Origin: an uncultured Luteolibacter sp.
Lineage (GTDB): Bacteria; Verrucomicrobiota; Verrucomicrobiia; Verrucomicrobiales; Akkermansiaceae
Assembly: GCA_964554865.1 (NCBI GenBank)
Contig: CAZKQK010000003.1
Coordinates: forward strand, 22,931 to 86,930
Direction of reading: 5' to 3'
Length of the DNA: 64,000 nucleotides
Shown one piece after another: positions 9,054 to 18,575 of this stretch; within the stretch, counting starts at the first letter, position 1, and every line of letters begins with the position of its first letter. A program made the translations under genes and the position numbers. Under the pieces are notes generated by a model. It saw nothing but the letters and a program-made list of their open reading frames with translations. It made no database searches and was not told the origin of the DNA.

Positions 9054-10082
9054 ATGAAACCATTCACATTCCTATACAATGAAGCGGGCGACGGCGACGG
9101 CGCGGGTGGTGGCGGTTCTGGTGGTGGCCAATCGGCAGCTCAGGGAAACGCAGGCGGGCAATCATCCGGTAACCAAAGCCTTTTGGGCGGAGGTCAGGGC
9201 GGCGGCGGAGACGGATCTTCAGGCGCATCTGCGGCGTCTGGCGGGCAACCGGCTTCGCAAGCTGCAACGGCGGGCGCGTTCGACTTCCGGACGCTGATCG
9301 GCGATGACGGCAAGTTCGTTCCCGGCTATCAGGACAAGCTGCCGGACAGCCTCAAGGAGCATGGCAAGCATTTCCAGAAGTATGCCGATCCCCTGCAGGC
9401 GCTCCAGCACACGCTGAACCTGCAACAGCTTCTCGGACAGAAGGCGGATGCGGTTGTCATTCCGGGGCCGGACGCGCCGAAAGAGGCGTGGGCTCCGGTT
9501 TTGAAGCGCCTCGGCGTCCCCGATACTCCCGATGGCTACAACCTCAAGGCTCCCGACAAGCTGCCGGAAGGTGTGAAGGTGGACGAAGCCGAGTTGAAGG
9601 AGTTCGCCACGTTCGCCCATGGTCTCGGGCTGACTCCGCAACAGGTGGCCAAGCTTCAGGAATACGATCTCGGGCGCGCCGCGAAGTCGGTAGCCGGATC
9701 GGCCGAGCAAGCCCAGGCGTTCGAATCCCAGGAGTTTTTGAAGCAAAAGGAACTTCTGACGAAGGAGTGGGGCAACGGTCCCGAGGCGGTGAAGAAACAG
9801 GCGCTCGCAGAGAGAGCCGCCCTGACCTTCGGTTTCACTTCGGAAGAAGTTCAGAACGATCCGCTGTTCCGCAACGCCCGTTTCGTCATGACGCTAGCCC
9901 GGGCCGGGGCGGCGATGTCCGAAGACACGCTTGTCAAAGGCTCCGACCTGAACAGCGTCGGGGGGCTCAAGGCGAAGGCCCAAGACGTGATCTCGAATCC
10001 GAGCAATCCCCTTTACGGGAAGTATTGGGACGGTGACGAGGACACCAACAACCAGGTCCGGAACTGGATGCGGGCGGGTTGA
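9054..10082 (+). CDS. Capsid scaffolding/assembly protein (gp9-like)
   Basis: Gly/Ser-rich N-terminus, LG.P.TPDGY..., L..EWG motif, position immediately upstream of the capsid gene. Confidence 0.8.
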   Translation: MKPFTFLYNEAGDGDGAGGGGSGGGQSAAQGNAGGQSSGNQSLLGGGQGGGGDGSSGASAASGGQPASQAATAGAFDFRTLIGDDGKFVPGYQDKLPDSLKEHGKHFQKYADPLQALQHTLNLQQLLGQKADAVVIPGPDAPKEAWAPVLKRLGVPDTPDGYNLKAPDKLPEGVKVDEAELKEFATFAHGLGLTPQQVAKLQEYDLGRAAKSVAGSAEQAQAFESQEFLKQKELLTKEWGNGPEAVKKQALAERAALTFGFTSEEVQNDPLFRNARFVMTLARAGAAMSEDTLVKGSDLNSVGGLKAKAQDVISNPSNPLYGKYWDGDEDTNNQVRNWMRAG

Positions 10083-10135
10083 TCGAAGAATCCGGCCGCC
10101 GCCTCTCTGGACAGAGCGGCGGCCACTCATGAAAG

Positions 10136-10187
10136 CGCCCGTCTCCAATCCGGCTGGTTGTGGAGGCGGGCGTTCCTGTTTTTATTT
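10136..10187 (+). terminator. Putative intrinsic terminator after the scaffold gene
   Basis: Stem CGCCCGTCTCCA (10136-10147) / TGGAGGCGGGCG (10161-10172) followed by TTCCTGTTTTTATTT. Confidence 0.55.
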
Positions 10188-10216
10188 GACGTGCTCCCGT
10201 TAGCCGTGCTATCGCT
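10186..10216 (+). promoter_or_regulatory. Possible sigma70-type promoter for the capsid gene
   Basis: TTGACG, 18-nt spacer, TG-n-TATCGCT; the -10 is imperfect. Confidence 0.3.
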
Positions 10217-10362
10217 CGCCCCGTCACTGGACCACTTGAGCGAGGCCGGCCCCGAGTCGATCACCGCACAGCCAAGCCCGGAAGCCTTAAACCGCTCTCC
10301 GGGTCTTACGTTTTGAGACCCAGCAAGGGGAGGGAATCCACCAAAATTCACCACTCAAAATC

Positions 10363-11250
10363 ATGGCTGATCTCACCATTGACCAATTCTACACCGACCA
10401 GTTCGACGCGAACTGGCAGCATCTCGTCCAGCAATCGGAAGGCCGCGCGCACGCGCGGGTCCGCCAGGAAACCGTGAGGGGCAAGCGCAAGCTGCTCAAC
10501 TTCATGGGCAAGTCCAAAGCTCGCCTCATCACCACCCGCAGCGGGAAAACCATCCCGTCGAACACGCCGCTCGCGAAACGCAAGCTTTCGATGCGGGCCT
10601 ACGACGAGGTTTATCACGAGGACGAATGGGATGCGGAGCTTCTCGGAGACGTCACCTCCCCGCGCTCGGCGGTGGTGGAGTCACACGCCAAGGCGTTCCA
10701 GCGGGCGATGGACGAATCCGTCCTGCTCGCCTCCATCGGCACCGCCTACATCGGCGAGGACGGGGAGGAACCCGTTGACCTGCCGGACACCCAGAAGGTA
10801 GGGGTGAGCTTCGGAGCCGCCAACAGCGGGCTGACCCTCGCGAAACTCATCGAAGCCCGTTCGATCCTCGGGAAGAACGAGGCCGATGATGACAAGCTCC
10901 TGTTCTTCTACACGCAGAAGCAGCTCGATAACCTGCTTAACAACGTCAACCAGGTGAACAGTTCCGATTACAACAACGTGAAGGCGCTGGTTGAAGGCCG
11001 CGTGACCACGTTCCTCGGTTTCGAGTTCATCAAGACGCAGCTGCTGCCGCTCGAATCCGGAACCAACGTGCGCACCTGCGTTGCCATGGCGGCCTCCGGC
11101 GTGGCGTTCGCGAAGAACGGCATGAACACGAAAATCATCATCCGGGACGATCTCAACGAGACGCTCCAAATCCGCACCAAGGCGCGTTACGGCGCGACCC
11201 GGACGGAAGAGGAGAAGGTCGTGGCGGTTTTCTGCGATGAAGACGCGTAA
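10363..11250 (+). CDS. Major capsid protein (BPP-1 Bbp17-like HK97 fold)
   Basis: 295 aa; QF.ANW.HL.QQ...R..V N-terminus, KAFQRAMDESV, FLGFEFI and YGATRTEEEKVV C-terminus. Confidence 0.9.
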   Translation: MADLTIDQFYTDQFDANWQHLVQQSEGRAHARVRQETVRGKRKLLNFMGKSKARLITTRSGKTIPSNTPLAKRKLSMRAYDEVYHEDEWDAELLGDVTSPRSAVVESHAKAFQRAMDESVLLASIGTAYIGEDGEEPVDLPDTQKVGVSFGAANSGLTLAKLIEARSILGKNEADDDKLLFFYTQKQLDNLLNNVNQVNSSDYNNVKALVEGRVTTFLGFEFIKTQLLPLESGTNVRTCVAMAASGVAFAKNGMNTKIIIRDDLNETLQIRTKARYGATRTEEEKVVAVFCDEDA

Positions 11251-11288
11251 TCCCTGATCCGAGCCCAACAAAAGAAAGAGCCAACATC

Positions 11289-11771
11289 ATGCCTACTCTC
11301 CATACCGACCGCTCCAACGAGGAGCTTCCCGCAACCGCAGCCGATACCTGGAGCCGTTCGCCCGGCGTCAAGGTGACCGGCGACCTCACCTACAAGGAGG
11401 CGGTTTTCACGGTCGCGACTCCGGCAACAGGCGACGCCATCCGCATTTGCAAGATCCCGGCCAACGCGATCGTGATCCCGCACTTGTGCAAGATCGTCGC
11501 GGAAGCCTTGGGAACCGCGTTCAACATCTCCAAGATCGGCGACCTCGCCGTTGACGGGAGCACCGACGCGAACGACGACGACCGCTATTCCGGCGCGGTG
11601 AACATCACCGCCGGTGGCGCGTTCGACTTCGCGCACGCCGCCGCCGCCGCCGGTCTGGCCGGATACCGGACGCTCCGGGAAATGTGGCTGACCGCCACGC
11701 TCGGGACGATCACCGCCCCCACCGAGGGGAAGAAAATCCGGTTCGTGATCGCCTACGCCGTGCCGACCTGA
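11289..11771 (+). CDS. Capsid cement/decoration protein (Bbp16-like position)
   Basis: 160-aa beta-rich Ala/Thr/Gly protein directly after the capsid gene and before a terminator. Confidence 0.55.
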   Translation: MPTLHTDRSNEELPATAADTWSRSPGVKVTGDLTYKEAVFTVATPATGDAIRICKIPANAIVIPHLCKIVAEALGTAFNISKIGDLAVDGSTDANDDDRYSGAVNITAGGAFDFAHAAAAAGLAGYRTLREMWLTATLGTITAPTEGKKIRFVIAYAVPT

Positions 11772-11796
11772 ATCACCCCTAACCGGTTGGAATCCA

Positions 11797-11841
11797 GAGG
11801 GGGGAAGGGTGTTGTGTCCCCTTTCCCCCTCGCTCTTTTTT
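11797..11841 (+). terminator. Intrinsic terminator after the capsid genes
   Basis: GAGGGGGGAAGGG / CCCCTTTCCCCCTC stem followed by CTCTTTTTT. Confidence 0.7.
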
Positions 11842-11848
11842 CACGGTC

Positions 11849-12490
11849 ATGCCATCAGAAACCGACATCTCTAATCTGGCGCTCCAGCATCTCGGGGAAT
11901 CCCGCATAAACTCCATCGCGGATACCGGGGACAAGGTTTCCCGGACGTGCGCGGTGAATTTCGATCAGGCGCGCGACGAGGCGCTTCAGAGCGCCCGCTG
12001 GAGCTGCGCGAAGAAGCAGGCGGCGCTCTCGAAGCTGGCACAGGCACCGCTCTACAAGTGGCGTGCCGCCTATCAACTGCCGCCCGATTTCATCCGGCTG
12101 ATCGAGATCGAGGGGGAGGACGCCTGGCTGCCGAAGGAATACTTCGACCGTCAGGGCAACAAGCTGCTGATCGGCCGTGGCTGCGAATACGACGGCGACA
12201 TGCCCGATTCCCTGAACATCGAATACATCGCCCGCGTGGAGGACACGACGCTGTTCGACCCGCTGCTTGTCGAGTCGATGGCGATTCTGCTCGCCATGAA
12301 GTGCGCCCGCGCTCTGACCGGCTCGGACTCGAAACAGGCAGAGCTGCGCAAGGAATACGAACAGGTGGTCCTGCCGCGCGCGATGACGCTCAACGCCCAG
12401 CCGATCAATTCGGGAGTCAATCACCCCGTCCGTAAGATGATGATGAAATCATTCATGAACCGCGCCCGCCGCACCGGCACCTTCCGATGA
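11849..12490 (+). CDS. Tail tubular protein A / adaptor (T7 gp11-like)
   Basis: DISNLAL.HLG...I.S...W.CA.K..L....W..AYQLP.DF.RL pattern. Confidence 0.85.
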   Translation: MPSETDISNLALQHLGESRINSIADTGDKVSRTCAVNFDQARDEALQSARWSCAKKQAALSKLAQAPLYKWRAAYQLPPDFIRLIEIEGEDAWLPKEYFDRQGNKLLIGRGCEYDGDMPDSLNIEYIARVEDTTLFDPLLVESMAILLAMKCARALTGSDSKQAELRKEYEQVVLPRAMTLNAQPINSGVNHPVRKMMMKSFMNRARRTGTFR

Positions 12491-15400
12491 TCACCAGCCT
12501 CATTCCCTCTTTCAACGCGGGCGAGCTCTCGCCGCTGATCCATCTGCGTTCGGATCTGGAGAAATACCGGAGCGGCTGCCGCTCGCTGAAAAACATGCTC
12601 ATCTCGCCGTATGGCGGCGTTCGTCGCAGGCCTGGTCTTTCCTACACCGCCACGGCTCCCGGCGTCTCGCGGCTGTTCCGTTTCCAGGCATCCACCTCCA
12701 TGGGCTACATCCTCGAAATGAGCGCGGGCAGGATTCGGTTCTACTTGAGGGATGGTCTGGTACAAAGCGGGGGCGCTCCATACGAGGTTTCCACTCCGTA
12801 TGGTGGGGACCATTTGTGGGGCGTTCAGATGGCGCAGATAAACAACGTGGCCTACTTCACCCACCCTCTGTATCCGGTCCACAAGCTGAGCCGTATCGCC
12901 AGCGCCAACTGGGAGTTCATGCCGGTGGAGTTCTCCTATCCGGCGATGCTCGAGGAAAACCTGGGGAGGGGCCGAAGGCTTTCAACCTCGGCCGCCGGAG
13001 AGAAGGGGGAAACGATCAAGGTCGAATCATCATGGAACTTCTTCACGGCCAAAAACGAGGGCTCCTATCTGGAAATTTCCCACGAGCGGGAAGCCGACCA
13101 GTTTGAAGTCGAGCTTGCCGCGACCAGCGGTAACGACGGACAGGCATCCGCGCCGCTGACCGTTCAGGGAGCGTGGAACATCACCACGCGGGGCACGTGG
13201 ACGGGAACCTTTCAAGTACAACGGAACACGGGCAATGGGTGGGAGACCATCCGCAGGTTCTCCAGCGCGGCCGACGCCAATTATTCGTCCGGCGGAGAGG
13301 AACCGGCGCGTTGTCTTATGAGACTCAGATGGATTCACGGGTCCTCGGGCTCATCCAATCCAAAAGCCGTTCTGGAGGCCTCCGGCGCGTTCGTCACCGG
13401 ACTGGTAAGGGTCGTTACCGTTCATGAGTCGAGGAAAGCCACGGTGGAAGTGGTTCGGGCTGTGGAGAAAGGGGCCACGAGCTATTGGAGGGAATCGGCA
13501 TGGAGCATGAGGAGGGGCTATCCCCGGACGGTGGCGGCGCACGAGCAGCGGCTGGTTTTGGGAGGCAACGGTTTCCGGCCGCAGACGGTGTGGGCGTCGG
13601 CCGTGGATGACTACGAGAACTTCGAGCCGGGGGTTGAGGATTCGGATTCGTGGACGCACACGCTGGTTTCCGGCCAGCAGAACGATATACAATGGCTGGT
13701 TTCGCATAAGGCCTTGCTCGTCGGGACCTCCGGCGACGAATGGGTGATTTCCGCAACCAAGGAAGAGGCGATCATCACGCCGACGAACGTCCGCGCCCGC
13801 CGTCACTCGGGCAACGGCTCGGACTTCCTCAGGGCCAGACTTTTGGATGATTCCGTGCTGTTCGCGCAGCGTGGCGGCAAGGTGTTGCGCGAGATGTCCT
13901 ACAGTTTCGAGGCGGACGGGTATGTGACGGCGGATCTGACCTTGCTGGCGGAACACATAACCGGGGCGGGCATCACAGATATGGCGCATCAGGCGCAACC
14001 GGAAAGCCTCCTTTGGTGTGTTACCAGGGGCGGCGACCTGATCGCGCTGACCCACGACAAGGCGCAGAACATCGCAGGATGGCACCGGCACACGACCGGA
14101 GGCGGGGAAGACGGCTTCGAGAGCGTGGCCGTGAAGCAGGTGGAGGGCGAGGCGGACCAGGTGTGGGTTGTGGTCCGCCGCGCTATCAACGGGCAGACAC
14201 GCCGGTATGTCGAACGGTTCAAGCCCGATGGCTTCTTCCTCGAAACGCCGTGGAGCATGCTCTATCCGGACACCGACTTTCTTCCGCCGTGGGATTTCTT
14301 CTATTCGGTTTATGGGCCGGAAGAATTCGCTCTGCGTGGGCATCCCATCGGATCGGTAGATGACCCGATCACCGACACGACGGCGCACGCTCAAGGCTTC
14401 ATGATGTCTGACGGGCAGGTGGTCTATTTTGCTAATGAAACCGAAAGCACGGCTAGCAGCGATACTTTCCCGGGGGCGGTTGTTTTCGGCTATTCATTAA
14501 TCCCATATCCCGGCTGGGACTTCACGCGTGAGGTTGGCGAAATGTTCGTTCGCGAGGGCAAGCTGTATCGATGCACCGTGGCGCACTCTCAGACGGACAC
14601 CGATGTCGGCGGGCTCTACAAATACGTTCCCGGATGGGGTTCGGCCTGGGCGGATGTTTGGGAAATCGTTCTAGAGGACGCTTCGGCCGCCTACGCTCCT
14701 TCGCCGGATTGGCATAGGTCCACGAAACTCTATGACCTCGGAGAATGGGCGGTTTGGGCAGGGAAAGTCATGGAGGTGATCGTCGATCACAGGCCCGCAT
14801 CAGATCACCTGACGGGTGGCGTGGCCCACCTCATCACCCCATCCAATGACGACTATTGGAAGCTGGCGCAGGGTTCCTATGTCGCCGGCGATCTCGTCTC
14901 ATCGAAGGGCGTCAACTACATTTGCACGGTGGAGCACAAACCCACCTCCGCCAGCAGGCCCGGCTACGGAGCCGATTGGGGGGATTACTGGGAGGTGCGG
15001 CCGACCGACAACCTTATTTTCCACGTGGATTCCGGCGTGACGCTCATCAACCCCGGAGCCATAACCGAAATGACGGGGCTGTCCCATCTTGAGGGCGAGA
15101 CGGTGCAAGTGGTGGCGAACGGAGCGGCGCTGGCTCCTCGCGTCGTCACCGGCGGAAAGATCCAATTCGACCGGGAAGGCGATCCGTCCACCTTCACGGA
15201 CGTTTGCGCGGGGCTGGCCTACGAGTCGGTTCTCGAGCCGATGGCGCTTGAGATCGGCTTGCAGAACGGAACGAGCGTTTCACGGGAGAAGCGGATTCAC
15301 GAGCTGGTTATTTACTTCAAGGACTCCTACTGCTGCAAGGTGTCCGACCGGATCAACGGGCGGTTCGACACGCTGGCGTTCTTCGATACCGGAGAACGCG

Positions 15401-15552
15401 ATCCGCCGAAGCTGTTCACCGGGCCGCTGGTTCACAAGCTGGACTCGCGCCACGACCTCGCGGCGTCCTTCGTGCTGAAGCAGGACCTGCCGATGCCGCT
15501 CAACGTGCTGGCGGTGGTCCCGAAATGGAACGTCTATGGAGACCAGGGCTGA
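12487..15552 (+). CDS. Tail tubular protein B / nozzle (T7 gp12-like) with an internal insertion of CBM5/12-like repeats
   Basis: SFNAGELSP..R.DL.KY..G...LKN....YGG..RRPG start; PQTVWAS..DDY.NF, WHRH, YVERF, GLSHLEGETV conserved blocks. Confidence 0.9.
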   Translation: MITSLIPSFNAGELSPLIHLRSDLEKYRSGCRSLKNMLISPYGGVRRRPGLSYTATAPGVSRLFRFQASTSMGYILEMSAGRIRFYLRDGLVQSGGAPYEVSTPYGGDHLWGVQMAQINNVAYFTHPLYPVHKLSRIASANWEFMPVEFSYPAMLEENLGRGRRLSTSAAGEKGETIKVESSWNFFTAKNEGSYLEISHEREADQFEVELAATSGNDGQASAPLTVQGAWNITTRGTWTGTFQVQRNTGNGWETIRRFSSAADANYSSGGEEPARCLMRLRWIHGSSGSSNPKAVLEASGAFVTGLVRVVTVHESRKATVEVVRAVEKGATSYWRESAWSMRRGYPRTVAAHEQRLVLGGNGFRPQTVWASAVDDYENFEPGVEDSDSWTHTLVSGQQNDIQWLVSHKALLVGTSGDEWVISATKEEAIITPTNVRARRHSGNGSDFLRARLLDDSVLFAQRGGKVLREMSYSFEADGYVTADLTLLAEHITGAGITDMAHQAQPESLLWCVTRGGDLIALTHDKAQNIAGWHRHTTGGGEDGFESVAVKQVEGEADQVWVVVRRAINGQTRRYVERFKPDGFFLETPWSMLYPDTDFLPPWDFFYSVYGPEEFALRGHPIGSVDDPITDTTAHAQGFMMSDGQVVYFANETESTASSDTFPGAVVFGYSLIPYPGWDFTREVGEMFVREGKLYRCTVAHSQTDTDVGGLYKYVPGWGSAWADVWEIVLEDASAAYAPSPDWHRSTKLYDLGEWAVWAGKVMEVIVDHRPASDHLTGGVAHLITPSNDDYWKLAQGSYVAGDLVSSKGVNYICTVEHKPTSASRPGYGADWGDYWEVRPTDNLIFHVDSGVTLINPGAITEMTGLSHLEGETVQVVANGAALAPRVVTGGKIQFDREGDPSTFTDVCAGLAYESVLEPMALEIGLQNGTSVSREKRIHELVIYFKDSYCCKVSDRINGRFDTLAFFDTGERDPPKLFTGPLVHKLDSRHDLAASFVLKQDLPMPLNVLAVVPKWNVYGDQG

Positions 15553-15982
15553 CATCACCATCAGGCACTATCAGCCGGGCGACTACCCGCTTCTTGAAAG
15601 CTGGTGGGAGAGCCACGGCGCGGAACCGATGCACGAAAGCATGGTTCCCGTTTCGACGTGCATCGTGTGTATCGATGGCGAGCCCGCCGCCTCCGGTTCG
15701 GTTTTCCCGTGCAACAACAACCATGTCGCGTTCTTCCACGGGATGGTGACACGTCCGGGGCTCTCGATGCGCGAGGCGCGGGAATGCCTGCTGGCATTGC
15801 AGGACGGCATCGACATCATCATGCGCTCGTCCGGGCACACGCTGCTTCTCGGGACTGTCACCGAAGGGGCGATGGTGCGGGGTGCCAGGATGATGGGATT
15901 CTCGCCGGCCGGGGAGCCGGTGCAGGCCGTCGCCAGACTCGTTCGTCCGAAACCCGAAACCACTCAAGACAATGGGAGTTGA
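15536..15982 (+). CDS. GNAT-fold-like phage protein (gp13-like position)
   Basis: IRHYQPGDY..L..WW start and alternating beta/alpha pattern; position after the nozzle gene. Confidence 0.5.
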   Translation: METRADITIRHYQPGDYPLLESWWESHGAEPMHESMVPVSTCIVCIDGEPAASGSVFPCNNNHVAFFHGMVTRPGLSMREARECLLALQDGIDIIMRSSGHTLLLGTVTEGAMVRGARMMGFSPAGEPVQAVARLVRPKPETTQDNGS

Positions 15983-16463
15983 AACCTTGGCATTCGCCGC
16001 CGTCGCCGCCTCGCTCGCCGGGGCGGGCATTTCCGCCTACTCGATGTATCAGCAGGGTCAGGCACAGGAGGCCATGGGCAAATACAACGCCAAGGTGGCC
16101 GAGAATCAGGCGACGGCCGAGGCGGACGTGGCACAGGAGAACGCCAAGCGGCAACGCGACATGAACCGCCGCCAGCTATCCGCCATCCGCGCCAGAATGG
16201 CGGGGTCCGGTGTCCAGATTTCCTCCGGTTCCTCGCTCGATGTGCTGGGAACCGCCGCGTCCGAGATGGAACTCCAGACGCTTGATCTCTTCCGGGAAGG
16301 AGAGGCGAAACAGGCCGCCTATCGGAATCAGGCGGGCATCGAGCGCTGGCAGGGCAAGCAGGCGGCGCGCGCCGGGAACATCGGAGCGATCGGTTCCCTG
16401 ATTGGCGGGGTGGCATCGGCCGGCCAAAGCCTCTACTCGGCGCGCTACACCGGCACCGTCTAA
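15972..16463 (+). CDS. Internal virion/ejection protein (gp14-like)
   Basis: AVAASLAGAGISAYSMYQQGQAQ...YNAKVA Ala/Gly/Gln-rich helical protein. Confidence 0.8.
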   Translation: MGVETLAFAAVAASLAGAGISAYSMYQQGQAQEAMGKYNAKVAENQATAEADVAQENAKRQRDMNRRQLSAIRARMAGSGVQISSGSSLDVLGTAASEMELQTLDLFREGEAKQAAYRNQAGIERWQGKQAARAGNIGAIGSLIGGVASAGQSLYSARYTGTV

Positions 16464-16475
16464 CTTTTCATCATC

Positions 16476-18575
16476 ATGGACCCACTACCCGGAAAAGTAC
16501 TCGTCAGGGCATTCAACGTCGGAGCGCAAGGCAGCATGCAGGCCGCGGGCGCGCCGTGGCAGGCGCTCGGAGGACTGGGCGAAATGATCGCCGCCACCGG
16601 CGAGAAGGGAATCGCCCTGCTCAACAAGCACAAGGAGCTTCAGATTCAGCGCGAGGCCGCAGACATGGAGGTTGAATTTGCGGGCATTCACGATGGATTC
16701 GAGCGGGAGATGCTGCAAAACCCGAACATGACGCCTGAGCAAGCAATAGCGGGTTGGGAGAAGCGCATGCAGAGCTTCCAGGCCAAGTATCAGCGTGAAG
16801 GAATGTCACCGCTGGAACAGGATGTTATTGGAACACGCTCGAAGGCACTGGCTCAACGGGGCGGGGCAAGCGTCGCCAAGAGTTCGCTGATCGCCGGAAT
16901 CCAGAATACTAAGCAGGCAGGTATCAACCTTGCCGAATTGGGAATTCAGACCGGAGACATGGAGAAGGTTGATAAGGGCCTTGCCGTCCTGAAAACCGTC
17001 ATGCCGGAAGCTGATGTGGAATCATTCCGGATGAAGGCGCAAAGCCGCATTGCAACGAATCGCATTGAATCGGAAATCATGGGCGACCCGCTCGGCATGC
17101 GCGATTCGCTCGATGATCCGGACTTCGTAAAAAACAATCCCGGCGTGGCCGTCGATGACGTGCCGCGCTTGCGCGAGATGGCGCGCACGGCCGCCCGTCG
17201 CAACGTGGGGGATGCCGTCGATGAGTTCGGCGACGATCTGGCCACCGGCAAGGTGAAGACCGCGGAGGACATCGACAGGCTCTATGGCGGCAAGGTCCCG
17301 CCTCGCATCGCCGAAGACATGAAGGGGCATCTGGCCAGGCGGTACGACACCGAAGAACGCGAGCGCATGAAAAGCCCCGAAGCGCAGATGCAGACGCTGG
17401 GACAGGCGACCGGCATCATCGCGGGGATCGGCGACACCAAGGACTTCGAAGCCGAATATTCGAAGGCATCGTTCCTGCTTGATTCAATGAAGGATAGCCC
17501 GGCCAAGCGTTATTATTCCGAGAAGCTGAGGGCGGCGAAAGACGGCAGGCAGGCCGAAGCGAAGTCGCAGACGGATCTTGCGATGAAGGCGCTCGAAGAC
17601 TTCGACAAGCGGGCGGTCGCGCGGCTTCCCGAGCCGATGAGCACTACCAAGGCGATCAACGACGGGTTCCTGCGCAACAAGGGGAAACTGAAGGCGCTCG
17701 GATTCACCGAAGACCAGATTGCCGAGATTTGGGCACCGGTGAAGCTCGCCAACGACAAGGAGCGGGACGCAACCGACAACGACCGCCGCAACCGCTTTGA
17801 AAAGCTATGGGAGTTCCGCAACGGCGAGAGCACCGCCGACGGCTACACGCGGGCGACGGCGCTCGCCATCGTCGGTCAGAAGCCAGCGATTGAAAACATT
17901 TCGCCGGAAAACGAGGATGCAGTGATCAGTGCGCGGATCGAGTTCGACCGCGAGGCCGGCGCGCGCAAGGCGAAGTTGCTGGAATGGATGGAAGTGAATC
18001 CGGACGCCAGCCGCGATCAGATCGAAAAGAAGCTCGGCGACATCACCGGCGAGCAGTTTCGCGGGAAACTCAAGGCAGGCATCCTCGAGACCCGTGCGAA
18101 TGATACCAAGGGGGCGAGTGAATCCACGTCGGCGGTCCCGGTCGGGAAAAACCTGGCCGAGATCGTGAAAAACTTTGAGGCGGGCGGCGCGCCGGGGGGA
18201 TTCCATGAGAAGGCGTATTGGGATTACGGACAATGGAGCATCGGCTACGGGACGAAAGCGAAGGAGGGGGAAAAGATTTCCAAGGCGGATGCCGAAAAAC
18301 GGCTGGCAACCGAACTGGCGATGCACCGCGGGCGGGTGGAAACCTACGCCGCCAAGGCCGGGCTGACGCTCAACGCGCACGAGGCGGATGCCCTGACGAG
18401 CTTTGATTTCAACACCGGGCGGATTGAGCAACTGCTGGCGAACGGACAGCGCAGCAAGGCGGAGATTGCCGCGGCGATGCTTCTTTATCGCAACGCCGGC
18501 GGCGAGCGCCTTCGCGGGCTGGAAAAGCGCCGGGCCGCGGAACAACAGCTTTTTCTTAACGGATACAAATCATGA
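16476..18575 (+). CDS. Ejection protein (gp15-like) with C-terminal GH24 lysozyme domain
   Basis: Helical body; C-terminal IVKNFE..AYWD.GQWSIGYG...DALTSF.FNTG...GLEKRR.AE.QLF is the T4L/GH24 signature. Confidence 0.8.
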   Translation: MDPLPGKVLVRAFNVGAQGSMQAAGAPWQALGGLGEMIAATGEKGIALLNKHKELQIQREAADMEVEFAGIHDGFEREMLQNPNMTPEQAIAGWEKRMQSFQAKYQREGMSPLEQDVIGTRSKALAQRGGASVAKSSLIAGIQNTKQAGINLAELGIQTGDMEKVDKGLAVLKTVMPEADVESFRMKAQSRIATNRIESEIMGDPLGMRDSLDDPDFVKNNPGVAVDDVPRLREMARTAARRNVGDAVDEFGDDLATGKVKTAEDIDRLYGGKVPPRIAEDMKGHLARRYDTEERERMKSPEAQMQTLGQATGIIAGIGDTKDFEAEYSKASFLLDSMKDSPAKRYYSEKLRAAKDGRQAEAKSQTDLAMKALEDFDKRAVARLPEPMSTTKAINDGFLRNKGKLKALGFTEDQIAEIWAPVKLANDKERDATDNDRRNRFEKLWEFRNGESTADGYTRATALAIVGQKPAIENISPENEDAVISARIEFDREAGARKAKLLEWMEVNPDASRDQIEKKLGDITGEQFRGKLKAGILETRANDTKGASESTSAVPVGKNLAEIVKNFEAGGAPGGFHEKAYWDYGQWSIGYGTKAKEGEKISKADAEKRLATELAMHRGRVETYAAKAGLTLNAHEADALTSFDFNTGRIEQLLANGQRSKAEIAAAMLLYRNAGGERLRGLEKRRAAEQQLFLNGYKS

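Noticed and set aside
11221-11291. T7 gene 10-like slippery sequence G-GTT-TTC at the end of the capsid gene; the -1 frame equals the frame of the next gene
   Set aside because: The -1 frame hits TGA at 11238-11240 two codons later, so no 10B-like extension or fusion would result
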